From NCBI GenBank assembly GCA_965249575.1, contig OZ252244.1, forward strand, positions 1,984,001 through 2,048,000: DNA of 64,000 nt, in the 5' to 3' direction. The notes below the pieces were generated by a model. That model searched no databases, was not told the DNA's origin, and worked only from the letters and a program-made list of their open reading frames with translations. A program made the position numbers and the translations under genes. This stretch comes from Gemmatimonadales bacterium. Lineage in GTDB: Bacteria; Gemmatimonadota; Gemmatimonadetes; Gemmatimonadales; GWC2-71-9. Below, piece after piece: positions 29,030-38,994 of this stretch (positions within the stretch are counted from its first letter, which is position 1; the number at the start of each line of letters is the position of its first letter).

Positions 29030-29707
29030 TCACTGCGCCGATCCGATTTCGACGATCGCTGACAACGGGATTCTCAAGGAACCCGCTCGAAGCACTACTT
29101 CCCCGTTTCGGAATTCCAGTCCGTCGATGAGGGCGGTAACGAAGGGCTTAACCGTCGGGCTCGAACCATCCGTGGCTCGAACTGTGATCTCGTATTCGTA
29201 GATGCCGGGTGGTAGCGAGGCACCGCCGGCCGCGCTGTCCCAGCCGAGGACCTGCCGGCCACCGCGGACCGTCCCCAGGTTGTGCGTTGCGACCACCGCA
29301 CCAGAAGGACCGCGGAGCTCGACGGTTGCTACCCCGCCAAGGCCTTCGATGTCGACTGTCACTTCAACACGGCCGGATCCCGTGAGCTCTACGAAATTGC
29401 CGGGGGCAGTTGCGGTGCGTCCGATTAGACCGGTAGCGAGGGCGGTGTTCGTGGTGAAACTCAGCAGCGCGTCTCGCTGCGCTTGGGCCTCGAGACCGTC
29501 GTTTAGATTGATAAGCTGCTCGAGGCTCGAGAACTGAGCCAGCTCCGAAGCGAACTGAGACCCATCCAACGGGCTGAGGGGGTCCTGGTGGCGGAGTTGG
29601 GTGACAAGGATCCGTAGAAACTCATCTCTCCCCAATTCCGCCCCAGCGTTTGGCAGCGATCTAATAATCGCTGCGCCCGTGGCGCCCGCCAGGGGGGCGG
29701 TTTCCAT
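29030..29707 (-). CDS. flgD: Hook cap protein FlgD
   Basis: FLRILVTQLRHQDPLSP...LAQFSSLEQ, Ig-like WD...LPPGIY. Confidence 0.93.
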   Translation of the reverse strand: METAPLAGATGAAIIRSLPNAGAELGRDEFLRILVTQLRHQDPLSPLDGSQFASELAQFSSLEQLINLNDGLEAQAQRDALLSFTTNTALATGLIGRTATAPGNFVELTGSGRVEVTVDIEGLGGVATVELRGPSGAVVATHNLGTVRGGRQVLGWDSAAGGASLPPGIYEYEITVRATDGSSPTVKPFVTALIDGLEFRNGEVVLRAGSLRIPLSAIVEIGSAQ

Positions 29708-29712
29708 GCTGG

Positions 29713-31313
29713 CTACCTTTCTCGCTCCCTTGGGGAGCGATGCGGGGAACGGGACCCGTCGTTTCCCTGATGGGCCGTCCCGTGGTGGCGAGTAGAGTCA
29801 TCGCCTCCCCGCGGTCCCTCGCGGAGTAAACTGAAAGAGTTTGTTTCGTATCCAGGCTGAGCCGGCGTGACCGCGGCTGCAGCCGTTTTCGCGTCGCCCC
29901 CGCTAGCGGGGCGGGTAACAGCCAGCTTGGTAGTCTCGAATCCTCGGCCCGCGAGCGACCGCTGTAGATCGTGCAGCCGGATGTCGAGCTGTTCGGAGAG
30001 TTCGGGATCGCTGGACACGATGCGCGCCCTCATGTCATGACCGCGTACCGTGACCGCGATTCGCGTGTTGCCACCCTTGCTGTCGGTAAGTCGAATGGAC
30101 ACCCGGTCGATCGGGGGACCGATCCGAGGCTCGCCAGGCATCTCGGCTTGCAGTGCCTCGCCGCCGGCGGCTGCCGGCAGTGACCCGAGGGTCCGCGGAG
30201 TCCCGCCAACTGACGAAGAAACCAGCCCAGGCGCAGCGGCCAGCGCGGCGGCCTCCGGCTGGACGCGAGACGGTGTGTCGTGCTTGGCTCGTTCCAGCAC
30301 CGTCCCAGTCGGCTCAGCGGGCGACCCGATCTGGGTGTCCACGGCTTCCGTTGCCACCCAGCCTGTACGATCGCCCGGTGCCGCTTCGATTTGTGACTCC
30401 GGTGGCAAGAGGGACATGCGATGATGCGCGGCGGAGTGATCCGCGACGACCGCATGCTTCCCTCGACTCCCCGTAGTTAATCCCGACCTGGTCGAAAAGA
30501 CCGCCTGGTCCATTCCGGACACGGTGTCGCCCGTAAGGCTCCCCTCAGCTTCTAGCGGGAGCGAGCGGCCGACATCGGGGCGGGCAGGTTTCAGCGATGC
30601 TCGCGGTATCCTAGCACCCGCCCCTTGCCCAACGAATGCCGGAGCCAGCATTTGGGTAGTCGAAGCCTCGGAGCGGCCCGCCACCATGCCCAACCCGGCC
30701 GACGCGCCGGAAGTACTCCCTAACCCCGAGTTGAGACCCGGCTGGGGTACGATCGCGGGTGCCCGAACCAACCCGGGTTTCTCAGGGGCTCTAGCAACCA
30801 GTCGGAAGGGGTCAACGGGGCGGGCCCGTTCAGTGACCTCACTGCCTACAGTGCGGGCCGTCGGTAGCGGTACGCTCGTTGACGGCCTTTCCGCGGCGTC
30901 GTCGCGACTGGCTGGCGCCGGGTGCGCAACCGGATCAGCGGACCCGGAGTGTGGCCAGGGCGGGACTCCGCGTACAGGTGGAGCGGATCCGTCCTCGTTT
31001 GTGGCCCGCCCCCCGAGAGGGGCGGCGCCGCGCGTCGCGAGAGCCTCACGGCCAGCGACTCCGCTCGGCCGGACGGTTGTCTCCACCGGTACCTCCGGGT
31101 CGAGCGATGTGTCGATTAGTGTGGGCTGGGCCGTGGTGGGCTCTCCGTCCAAGGACACCGATGAGTGCAGAACGGATGCTGCCCTGTCTGGCCGGTGAAT
31201 GCGGCCCCGAGGGCCAGTGCGAACGCGTCGCTTGAGATGTCCTGCTCGCCGGGGCCCGCGATCCCAGCAGCCGACCTCGGCGGGGCGCCGACAGGGCCTG
31301 CGACGACGTTCAT
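29713..31313 (-). pseudogene. fliK: Hook-length control protein FliK-like, apparently frameshifted at about 31160-31200
   Basis: Pro/Ala-rich region with a C-terminal VSIRL...IAVTVRG...LHDLQRSLAGRGF domain upstream of flgD; the coupled ATG at 31313 is in a different frame from ORF 29713-31158. Confidence 0.65.
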
Positions 31314-31874
31314 CGGCCCCGACCGATCTGTGGTGGGATCTTCAGGAGCCGCCGGCTCACAGCAGCGGCGCGTGGCCTTGGCAGACTTGCCAGGAGCGCG
31401 GCAGCCTCGCGCGCGCTCAGGCTCGCGAGAATCCCGACGATCTCCTCATCGCTGAGCGCGCCGAGCACCTGGGAGGCGACGTCGGGCTCCATAGCCGCGA
31501 TGATCTTGGCGAGGTGCTGCAATGCTTCGGTGTTCGCAGTTGTCTCCGGTTCATTTACCGTGGGTGGGGGAGCCGGCTCAGGCACTGGTGCTTCCAGGGG
31601 GGTCTCCGCCACCGTCGGGTGTTCAAGAGCCACCTGGATGCTCGCAGTGTCCCGATCGGGTGCCGGTGCCGGTGCCGGTGCGACCGGCGGCGGTTGTTCC
31701 GTTGCCCGTGCTCTGGAGTCGGCGGCGGCGTGCTCGGCAGGCCCTGCTATGGAGTCGGCAGCGACGTGTTCAGCGGGAACGTCCGGCTGCTCCTCACCTG
31801 GAGCCGTGCTAACGAAGAATGCCGTGGCCCCGGCGGTTGAGACGAGAAAGGCCGCAACTCCCAGTGCCGCGAGC
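31310..31874 (-). pseudogene. MotE/FlbB-like (MgtE-N-like) flagellar protein lacking its start
   Basis: LAALGVAAFLVSTAGATAFFV TM, Pro-rich linker, LAKIIAAMEPDVASQVL...LSAREAAALLASL; in-frame TGA directly before the TM. Confidence 0.7.
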
Positions 31875-32423
31875 GATCATGCCGAGCAACACGCTCTTAC
31901 CGACACCGCTGCCGGCGAAGATCCCCATGCGCTGTCCCCGACCGATGGTCAGGAGGCCGTCGATTGCCCTGATGCCCGTGCCGAGGGGTTCCGTGATTCG
32001 AGCGCGCTCCAGCGGGTTCGGTGGTCCGCTGGTGAGCGGGCGGCGCTCTGAAAAACTCAGGGGACCCCGCCCGTCTAGTGGTTGGCCCAATCCGTCGAGG
32101 ATCCGGCCCTGAAGAGCGTCCGCCACCGGGACCTCGAGCGACTTGCCAAGCGGGCGGACCGTGGCTCCAGGGAAGATGCCGTCCGGTTGGCCGAGCGGCA
32201 TGAGCAGCACGCCGCGTTCGTGAAATCCAACGACCTCCGCCATGATCGACCCATTCGTCCCGGTCGATACACTACAGAGATCGCCGATCGCCACGTGCAG
32301 GGGGGAAGCCTCGACCACCGGACCGATGATCCGGCTTACACGCCCGTGGACAGCGAGTCTCGGCACGGTCGCGATCTGCTCCAGTGCCTTTCCCATGTCC
32401 TTGGCGAGCGCCCGTTCAGGCAT
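31863..32423 (-). pseudogene. fliI: Export ATPase FliI truncated just after Walker A
   Basis: GRILDGLGQPLDG and TGIRAIDGLLTIGRGQRMGIFAGSGVGKSVLLGMIARGT, then unrelated sequence and a stop at 31809. Confidence 0.92.
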
Positions 32424-33033
32424 TGCGCAGCTTTTGGTATAGGGCAAGAAGGGCTGTCTCGACCTGGCCGTCGATGATCCGACGTGGGTGCTCCACGACG
32501 CATCCACCGCGCGAGATCTCCGTGTCAGGTGTCCACTCGACAGGCGAGTTCGTCGAGTGCTTGGCTGGCAGGCTGTTGGTGTCTTGTAATGCGGCCAGAT
32601 CATCCGGGTTGAGCCGGACACGGACCGGTCCCTCCAGGTCCACCTCGTCGAGCGCGCGTTCCGCGAGTTCCTGCACGGCTGACGGATCGGCGTTGATCTC
32701 CCGACCGATGATCCGCTGGGCTATTGCCACCGCGAGGGCCTTGAGGTTCTCGGACCGCGCGACCGCGAAGTCGGCTCGGGCGGCGTTGAGGGCCTCGGTT
32801 ATTGCCCGCAGGGCCTCCGTCGCCCGGCGGAGCCCATCCGCTTGCTCTTGGGCCCCGGCGCGCCGGCCGTCCGCGAGTCCGCGCTCGTACGCCGACTCCT
32901 CAGTTGACGGGGGAGAGTGCTCCGTGGGGTCGGCGCCCGGCGGGACCAATTTGAGCTCCGGTAGCGGCCAGAGGTCGAAGCGCGCAGGGGGAGGGCTGTC
33001 GGCCGCGTGCACGGGGCTACTCGATGACGGCAT
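32416..33033 (-). CDS. fliH: Export regulator FliH
   Basis: AYERGLADG, LAVAIAQRII, VRLNPDD and ISRGGCVVE. Confidence 0.88.
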   Translation of the reverse strand: MPSSSSPVHAADSPPPARFDLWPLPELKLVPPGADPTEHSPPSTEESAYERGLADGRRAGAQEQADGLRRATEALRAITEALNAARADFAVARSENLKALAVAIAQRIIGREINADPSAVQELAERALDEVDLEGPVRVRLNPDDLAALQDTNSLPAKHSTNSPVEWTPDTEISRGGCVVEHPRRIIDGQVETALLALYQKLRNA

Positions 33034-34042
33034 TGTCGTCGCTTCCGGAAGAGAGCACGACCTCTTCCGCTTCCTCGAGCGCACGCACTTGCGCGAGGAT
33101 CCGGCCCTGCGCGGCCTCCACGTCCTTGACACGTACCGGACCGAGGTACTCGCCCTCGTCTTGGAGCGCTGATGCGGCCCGCTCCGACATGTTCTTCATG
33201 ATATGTTGCGTGAGTTCGTCGCTCGCAGCCTTGAGTGCCAGTGCCAGCTCCTTGCTGTCCAGCTCACGTAGAACGCGCTGCATGGACCGGTCGTCTACCT
33301 TGCATAGGTCCTCGAAGACGAACATCAATCCCTTGATTTCCTCGGCCAGCTCGGCGTTCCGATCTCCAATCGTCCCCAGCAACTCTTTCTCCACCGACGC
33401 GCTGAGCAGATTGAGGACCTGCGCTACGCTCTCGGGGCCGCCGGAAGCGGTCATCTCTTGTGAAAGGGAGAGGTCCGCCTTGCTGGCGAGGCCCGTTTCC
33501 ACCATTTGCAGCATGTCGGGCGCCACCTTCTCCATTCGGGCCATCCGATACAGCACATTGGTGGCCGTCTCCTGATCCAAGGACTCGATCACGGCCGCGG
33601 CCTGTCTCCTGCTCAGGTGGGCGAGGATGAGAGCAACCGTTTGCGGATGCTCCCCGCGCAGGACCGTGTGAAGTAGCTCGGGAGGAGCTTTCCGTAAGCG
33701 TCGCAATCCGGTGTCGACCATCTGCTCCTGAATGCGCGTCAGAATCGACGAGGCTCGCCTGTCTCCCACCGCGTGCTGCAGGATGTCGCGGGCGACGGAG
33801 ACGCCGCCTTGAGCCAAGGATTTCACCGCCCGCGTCACGTCGTGAAACTCCCTGATGACGCCGGACGTGACGTCCGCGCCCACGACGGGCAACATGGCGA
33901 TCTCGAGTGAGAGGGCCTCAACCTCGTCGCCGCTGAGTTTCTGCATGACCTTCGCCGCCGCCTCTGAACCCAGGGACATGCAAAGGATGGCGCTCTTTCT
34001 CCGGCCGGAGAGTTCCTCGCGGGTGATCGAACCTGTCGCCAA
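33017..34042 (-). CDS. fliG: Motor switch protein FliG
   Basis: EHPQTVALIL, MFVFEDL, NMSERA and LGPVRVKDVEAAQ. Confidence 0.95.
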   Translation of the reverse strand: MATGSITREELSGRRKSAILCMSLGSEAAAKVMQKLSGDEVEALSLEIAMLPVVGADVTSGVIREFHDVTRAVKSLAQGGVSVARDILQHAVGDRRASSILTRIQEQMVDTGLRRLRKAPPELLHTVLRGEHPQTVALILAHLSRRQAAAVIESLDQETATNVLYRMARMEKVAPDMLQMVETGLASKADLSLSQEMTASGGPESVAQVLNLLSASVEKELLGTIGDRNAELAEEIKGLMFVFEDLCKVDDRSMQRVLRELDSKELALALKAASDELTQHIMKNMSERAASALQDEGEYLGPVRVKDVEAAQGRILAQVRALEEAEEVVLSSGSDDNAVIE

Positions 34043-35312
34043 CTATGCCTCCGCGAGCCAAGCTCGCACGACGCTCGCCGTGTTTTCGGGACGGTCGGAA
34101 GCCTCGGCCACAACTCGCTGCCTGATCAACATCGCGGGATCGAGCGGCTCGGGCTCAGGCATCGCTTCCGGGGGCGCGACACTCGGGACGGAATGCGGAG
34201 TGCGGGAACGGTCGCCGGCCAGGCTCCGTTGAGTCGTGATCAGTTGGCGAGCCAGGAGAAACACGACTGCTATCCCGACCAAGCCAATCACTGGTTTGGC
34301 AAAACGCTCGATCATCCCGAGATAGTCTGGGGCGCCCCGAACCGCCGGATCTGAAACGGGCACCTCTGACACGACTGGGGCTGCCTCGAACGGAATGCCC
34401 CGTACCGTAACGCGGTCGCCCCGGCTCGGGTCCGCGCCGACGGCGTCGCGCACGAGGGCCTCGAGGTTCGCGATTGCCGCCGCGGGGTTCGCCCCAGACG
34501 CGTTGAGCGATTGCTGATCGACGAGCACGGCCACGCTGAGCTGCTCAATTGAGCCAACGGCGCTTACGATGTTCTCGACTTGGCGGGTGTTCTGATAATT
34601 GTTGGTGATCGTGACCAGGGGGGTCTCCCCTTCATCGAGCGCGACCCCCGGGGCGGTTTGAGACCGCTGCTCGCTCTGCAGTACCTGGCCTTCAGGGTCG
34701 TAGGTCTCGCTGGTTCGCTCGACGCGGTCGAAGTTGAGCCGAGCGGACACTTGGACACGCGCCTGATCCGCTCCCACCACGGTCGCGACCAATCGCTGCA
34801 CCTTGTTCGCGAGGTGCTTCTCCACCGAGCGCTGTAACTCGACCTGCCGATGGGATGCGAGGCCTTCGGACCCGTCCTCGCTTGGCAACGAGAGGACGTG
34901 CCCTGCGGCATTAAGCACCGCCACGTGGGCGGCGGACAGGTGCTCCACGCTCGACGCCACAAGGTACGTAATGCCCTGGACTGCATCGGGCGCCAACGCC
35001 CCATTCCCACGGAGGCGCACGACTACCGCCGCCTCGGCGGGACGGTCGAGTCGGCGCAGTGGGCTCGATTCGGACAGCGCGAGATGCACTTCCGCTCCCT
35101 CGACCCCCTGGAGATTCGAGATGGTGCGCTCCAGCTCGCCCTCGAGCGCGCGTCGATACGTGACCCGCTGCGTGAAGTCGGTCATTCCCCACGACGGCTC
35201 GTCGAACAACTCGAGACCAGGCCGTCCAACCACTGGCAAACCCTCTTGAGCGAGCAGCACCCGGGAGCGCGCGAGGTCGCCGGCGGGAACCTCGACCACC
35301 GATCCACCAGCT
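34043..35312 (-). pseudogene. fliF: 5'-truncated MS-ring protein FliF
   Basis: GLELFD...GMTDF...YRRALEGELERTI; TM1 and the start of the ring-building region are missing. Confidence 0.88.
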
Positions 35313-35531
35313 GATGACCTGGTGCAACTCGACCGGTTCCCCTCTTAGAAATGCGGCGATGAAGTCCTTCGAATCGGTTTGCATTTGCGAGACGTCGCCC
35401 AAAGCCCGAGCCAGGGTGTCGCCAAAGCCCGGTTCTGCGACCCCGCCCTCGGGCCGGTGGATAAGCTGGCGAAGCGCCTCAAACGCGGCGCTGGCGGGTG
35501 AGCGGGGGTCACCGGCGATCGGATCGGGCAA
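35313..35531 (-). pseudogene. fliE: 3'-truncated FliE
   Basis: FGDTLARALGDVSQMQ...FLRGEPVELHQV; the final RNKxxxAY helix is absent. Confidence 0.85.
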
Positions 35532-35535
35532 GTGT

Positions 35536-35838
35536 CTAGGCCCTCACGTCGATGCGCTGGCCGCGGGGCGACGCGACCGCCGCCGCCGCGGGTTCGCCCG
35601 GGCGGTAAGTGACGGGTCCGAGTGCCGCCATGCGGGAGAAGAATGCGCGCTCGTCACTCGTCAGAACGCTCCACAGTCCCGGGTCGGCACCCGGAGGCGG
35701 CGCGTCCGTTCCCGTCGTGGCGGTCGTGGCGGCCCGTCCGCCCGCCCGAGCCTCGTTTGCGGGATTCGGGCGCTCGATGCCGCGCGAAGGCGAGACCGAG
35801 CCGGGGATCGGAGATGGAGGAATTCCATTGACGTTCAT
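35536..35838 (-). CDS. Hypothetical protein in the flagellar operon
   Basis: 100 aa between flgC and fliE with DPGLWSVLTSDERAFF and a RGQRIDVRA terminus. Confidence 0.6.
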   Translation of the reverse strand: MNVNGIPPSPIPGSVSPSRGIERPNPANEARAGGRAATTATTGTDAPPPGADPGLWSVLTSDERAFFSRMAALGPVTYRPGEPAAAAVASPRGQRIDVRA

Positions 35839-35856
35839 ACTAGGTGGGCCCTCACG

Positions 35857-35972
35857 TCAGATCTCGAGCGCACGCCTGAGAATCGCCTTGGCGGCCTCGA
35901 ACACAGTCGCGTTCGCCTCGAACAGTCGTCGAGACACCATTAGATCGACCACTTCGGTGGTGATGTCGACAC
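35857..35972 (-). pseudogene. flgC: C-terminal remnant of rod protein FlgC
   Basis: VDITTEVVDLMVSRRLFEANATVFEAAKAILRRALEI*. Confidence 0.85.
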
Positions 35973-35993
35973 TGGCGATGGGGATTCTGGCTC

Positions 35994-38987
35994 TTGGCGG
36001 GTGTGGGATTGGCGGGCCTTGCCATCCCGCTGTACCTCCCGCTCGAACCCCGGTCGTCGATCGGTGCTGCCGCGCTCTATGCCGCCGGAGTGCTGGGCGC
36101 CCTGGGTGTCGGCGCGGTGCTCGCATGGCTCCGGTCGCGCACACGACTGGAGGAGCTGGACGAGTCGAGGGCGCGGCTTGCTGGCATCGTGAATTCCGCC
36201 ATGGACGCGATCGTCACGGTCGACAAGAACCGGCGGGTGACCTTCTTGAACCGTGCGGCCGAGCAAATCCTCCGCTGCTCAGCGGACCAAGCGGTAGGCT
36301 CTTCCCTCGAGCGCTTCATACCAGAAGTGGGCGCAATCTTCCAGACCGAGTGGCTCAGGACTTCGGGAGCATACGGACTGCGGAACCCCGACGAGAGTGC
36401 CGACCAACGGCTGGTAGCACGCCGCGCCGATGGCGAGACGTTTCCGATCGAGGCCACGTTTAGCGTGTATCGCGTAAATCGACAGGCGCTCACAACGCTC
36501 ATCGTGCGGGATGTCACCGAGCGATACGAGGGTGACGCGGCTCTGCGACAAAGCGAGACTCGATATCGCTCGCTAGTCGATAGCCTGAAGGAGGTGATCT
36601 TCCAAGCCGATATTTCAGGACGCTGGACCTTCCTCAATCCAGCCTGGTCGGACATTACAGGATACGACGTGGTGGAAAGCATCGGACAGCCATCAGCCGC
36701 TTTCCTCCATCCGGACGATCGCCGCCTGCAAGAGGAGAAAATCGAGCACCTCCGAGACAAGCGCGATCCGGTGTCGCGTTACGAGATTCGGTGCACGCGA
36801 AAAGATGGCAGTGATCGGTGGCTCGAAGTCCGAGCCCGCCCGTCGGTCGATGAAAGGGGGAAGATGATCGGCATTTCGGGCACGCTGACGGACATCACCG
36901 AGCGCCGACAGGTGGAGGAGGCACTGGTTCACAGCCAGGCACGCCTTAAGCTCCTCAATATCATCGCCGCCTCCGTTCTATCTGGGCAGCGGGTCGCTGC
37001 CCTCATCGAGGGGACGGTGTCTCGACTCGCCGCGCTGTTTCCCGACTGCCGGGTCGCCTACGCGACGGTCGACAACGACGGACGTATGGTGGTGCGCTAT
37101 GCCCGGCAGCCGGATGCGATGCGGGACCGGACCGGCGTCGTAGCTGACCTGAACCTGGCGCCCGAGTACATGTCCGCCCTTCGAGGCCGCGAGCCCGTCG
37201 TAGCTAGAAACACCGCGGAGGATCGCCGCTTGCTACCGCTGAACGAGCTGTTCGATGTAAATACGGCGGGAGGGTTTCTCGGGATGCCGCTGCACCATTC
37301 CGCGCAGCTCATCGGCCTGCTGTCGCTCGAATCTCAGGAGTCACGTGAATGGGCCGACCACGAGATAACGACCATGCGAGCGGTTGCGGAGACCCTCTCG
37401 GTTGCGGTTGCGGAGGCGCGCACGCGACTCGAGCGGGAGGCAGCGCAGCAGGCCCTACGCCGCTCCGAGGCGAGCCTCCGAGGTCTCGTCGACAACGCGG
37501 TCTTCGGCATCTTCCGGAGCACCGTGAGCGGCCGACTCTTGATGGTCAATCGGACGCTGGTCGAAATGCTGGGCTACGAATCGCCGGAGGAGCTGCTCGC
37601 AGTGGATGTATCGACGGAACTCCACGCGTCTCCCGAAGACCGAATGCACCTCATGGCCCGGCTGGCGGGTAGCGACGGCGTCCATGTGGAGGAAGTCACC
37701 TTGAAGCGCAAGGATGGTCCTGCCCTGATGGCACGCATCAGCGGCAGACCGCTCCGATCGGTTTCGGGGGGCATCGAGGGCCTCGAGGTCATCGTCGAAG
37801 ACGTCACGGAGCAAAAGACCCTCGAGGAGCAATTGCGCCACTCGCAGAAACTCGAAGCCATCGGGCGGCTCACGGGCGGTATCGCGCACGACTTCAACAA
37901 CCTGCTCACGGTGATCCAGTTCAACGCAGAGATGGTGGGGGAGGCGCTGCCGGCCAAACGCAAGGATCTCCGCGGGAAAATCCAGGCGCTCCAGAACGCG
38001 GCGAAGCGGGGCACCGGGATGATTCGCAAGCTGCTCGCGTTCAGCCGGCGCGAGCGTCTGGAGCTTCGCCCGGTCGACCTCTCCAAGCTGATCTCGGAAC
38101 TGTCGGGCATGATGCGGCACGCGCTCCCCGAGAGCATCGATATGCGCATGCGGCTCGACGATGCGCTGCCGGCGGTGCGCGGAGAGGCTGACGCCATCGA
38201 GCAGATTCTCCTGAACCTCGTTACCAACTCGCGGGATGCCATGGGGAGCGGAGGAACGCTCACGCTGGAGACGAGTGCAGTGGAATTCGACGCGGCGGCG
38301 GCAGCCGCGCGGGGACTGGGAGGGGCTGGCGACTACGTGCGTCTTGCCGTCCACGACACGGGTTCGGGGATCGACGAAACCGTACGGGCGCAGATTTTCG
38401 AGCCGTTCTTCACCACGAAGCCGACCGGGATGGGAACTGGTCTCGGCCTGTCGATGGTGTACGGTCTCGTGCACCAGCACGGCGGGTTCGTGGATGTCGA
38501 GAGCCGCGAGGGCGAGGGCACGACGATCGCGATCTACTTGCCGACAGTGACAGAGGTCCCTCCAGCACCCCCCGACAACGATCCCGGCGAGATCCTCGGC
38601 GGAGAAGAAACCATATTGGTCGCCGAGGACGAGCCCGGGGTTCGCGGGGCGGCCAAGGACGTGCTCGAGTGGAACGGGTATACCGTCTTGCAAGCCGTCG
38701 ATGGTCGCGAGGCGTTGGAACTCTATAAACAGAACGCCGACACGATCGACCTGATCATCTCGGACGTCGTCATGCCGCAAATGGGAGGCCAGAGTCTGTA
38801 CGACGCCCTTCGGGCCGAGGGCTTCACCGTGAGAATGCTGTTCACCAGCGGGTACGCTGCGCGGGATGCGGTGTCCGGGGCCGAGCTCGATGCGACGGTT
38901 CCCTTCCTCCGGAAGCCGTGGACTCCGCGCGACCTGCTGGCACGCGTCCGGGAAGTGCTCGACACCTCCCCTGCAACAGCGCGATAG
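35994..38987 (+). CDS. Hybrid sensor kinase (TM-PAS-PAS-GAF-PAS-HisKA-HATPase-REC), probably 5'-truncated
   Basis: Three PAS/PAC units, GAF, GGIAHDFNNLL, FEPFFTTK, GTGLGL and receiver AEDE...SDVVMP...KP; abuts the flgC stub with no room for a promoter. Confidence 0.92.
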   Translation: MAGVGLAGLAIPLYLPLEPRSSIGAAALYAAGVLGALGVGAVLAWLRSRTRLEELDESRARLAGIVNSAMDAIVTVDKNRRVTFLNRAAEQILRCSADQAVGSSLERFIPEVGAIFQTEWLRTSGAYGLRNPDESADQRLVARRADGETFPIEATFSVYRVNRQALTTLIVRDVTERYEGDAALRQSETRYRSLVDSLKEVIFQADISGRWTFLNPAWSDITGYDVVESIGQPSAAFLHPDDRRLQEEKIEHLRDKRDPVSRYEIRCTRKDGSDRWLEVRARPSVDERGKMIGISGTLTDITERRQVEEALVHSQARLKLLNIIAASVLSGQRVAALIEGTVSRLAALFPDCRVAYATVDNDGRMVVRYARQPDAMRDRTGVVADLNLAPEYMSALRGREPVVARNTAEDRRLLPLNELFDVNTAGGFLGMPLHHSAQLIGLLSLESQESREWADHEITTMRAVAETLSVAVAEARTRLEREAAQQALRRSEASLRGLVDNAVFGIFRSTVSGRLLMVNRTLVEMLGYESPEELLAVDVSTELHASPEDRMHLMARLAGSDGVHVEEVTLKRKDGPALMARISGRPLRSVSGGIEGLEVIVEDVTEQKTLEEQLRHSQKLEAIGRLTGGIAHDFNNLLTVIQFNAEMVGEALPAKRKDLRGKIQALQNAAKRGTGMIRKLLAFSRRERLELRPVDLSKLISELSGMMRHALPESIDMRMRLDDALPAVRGEADAIEQILLNLVTNSRDAMGSGGTLTLETSAVEFDAAAAAARGLGGAGDYVRLAVHDTGSGIDETVRAQIFEPFFTTKPTGMGTGLGLSMVYGLVHQHGGFVDVESREGEGTTIAIYLPTVTEVPPAPPDNDPGEILGGEETILVAEDEPGVRGAAKDVLEWNGYTVLQAVDGREALELYKQNADTIDLIISDVVMPQMGGQSLYDALRAEGFTVRMLFTSGYAARDAVSGAELDATVPFLRKPWTPRDLLARVREVLDTSPATAR

Positions 38988-38994
38988 TCCCGAT

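Noticed and set aside
31655..31685. (GGTGCC)n tandem repeat
   Set aside because: Encodes a Pro-Ala linker in the MotE-like protein.
13460..35985. Shared recombinase site at the junctions (GTCATC at fliE|fliF and fliL|fliM, GTAATC at 13467)
   Set aside because: Absent from the other junctions, explainable as Val-Ile codons, and no recombinase is in the window; too weak without parental sequences.
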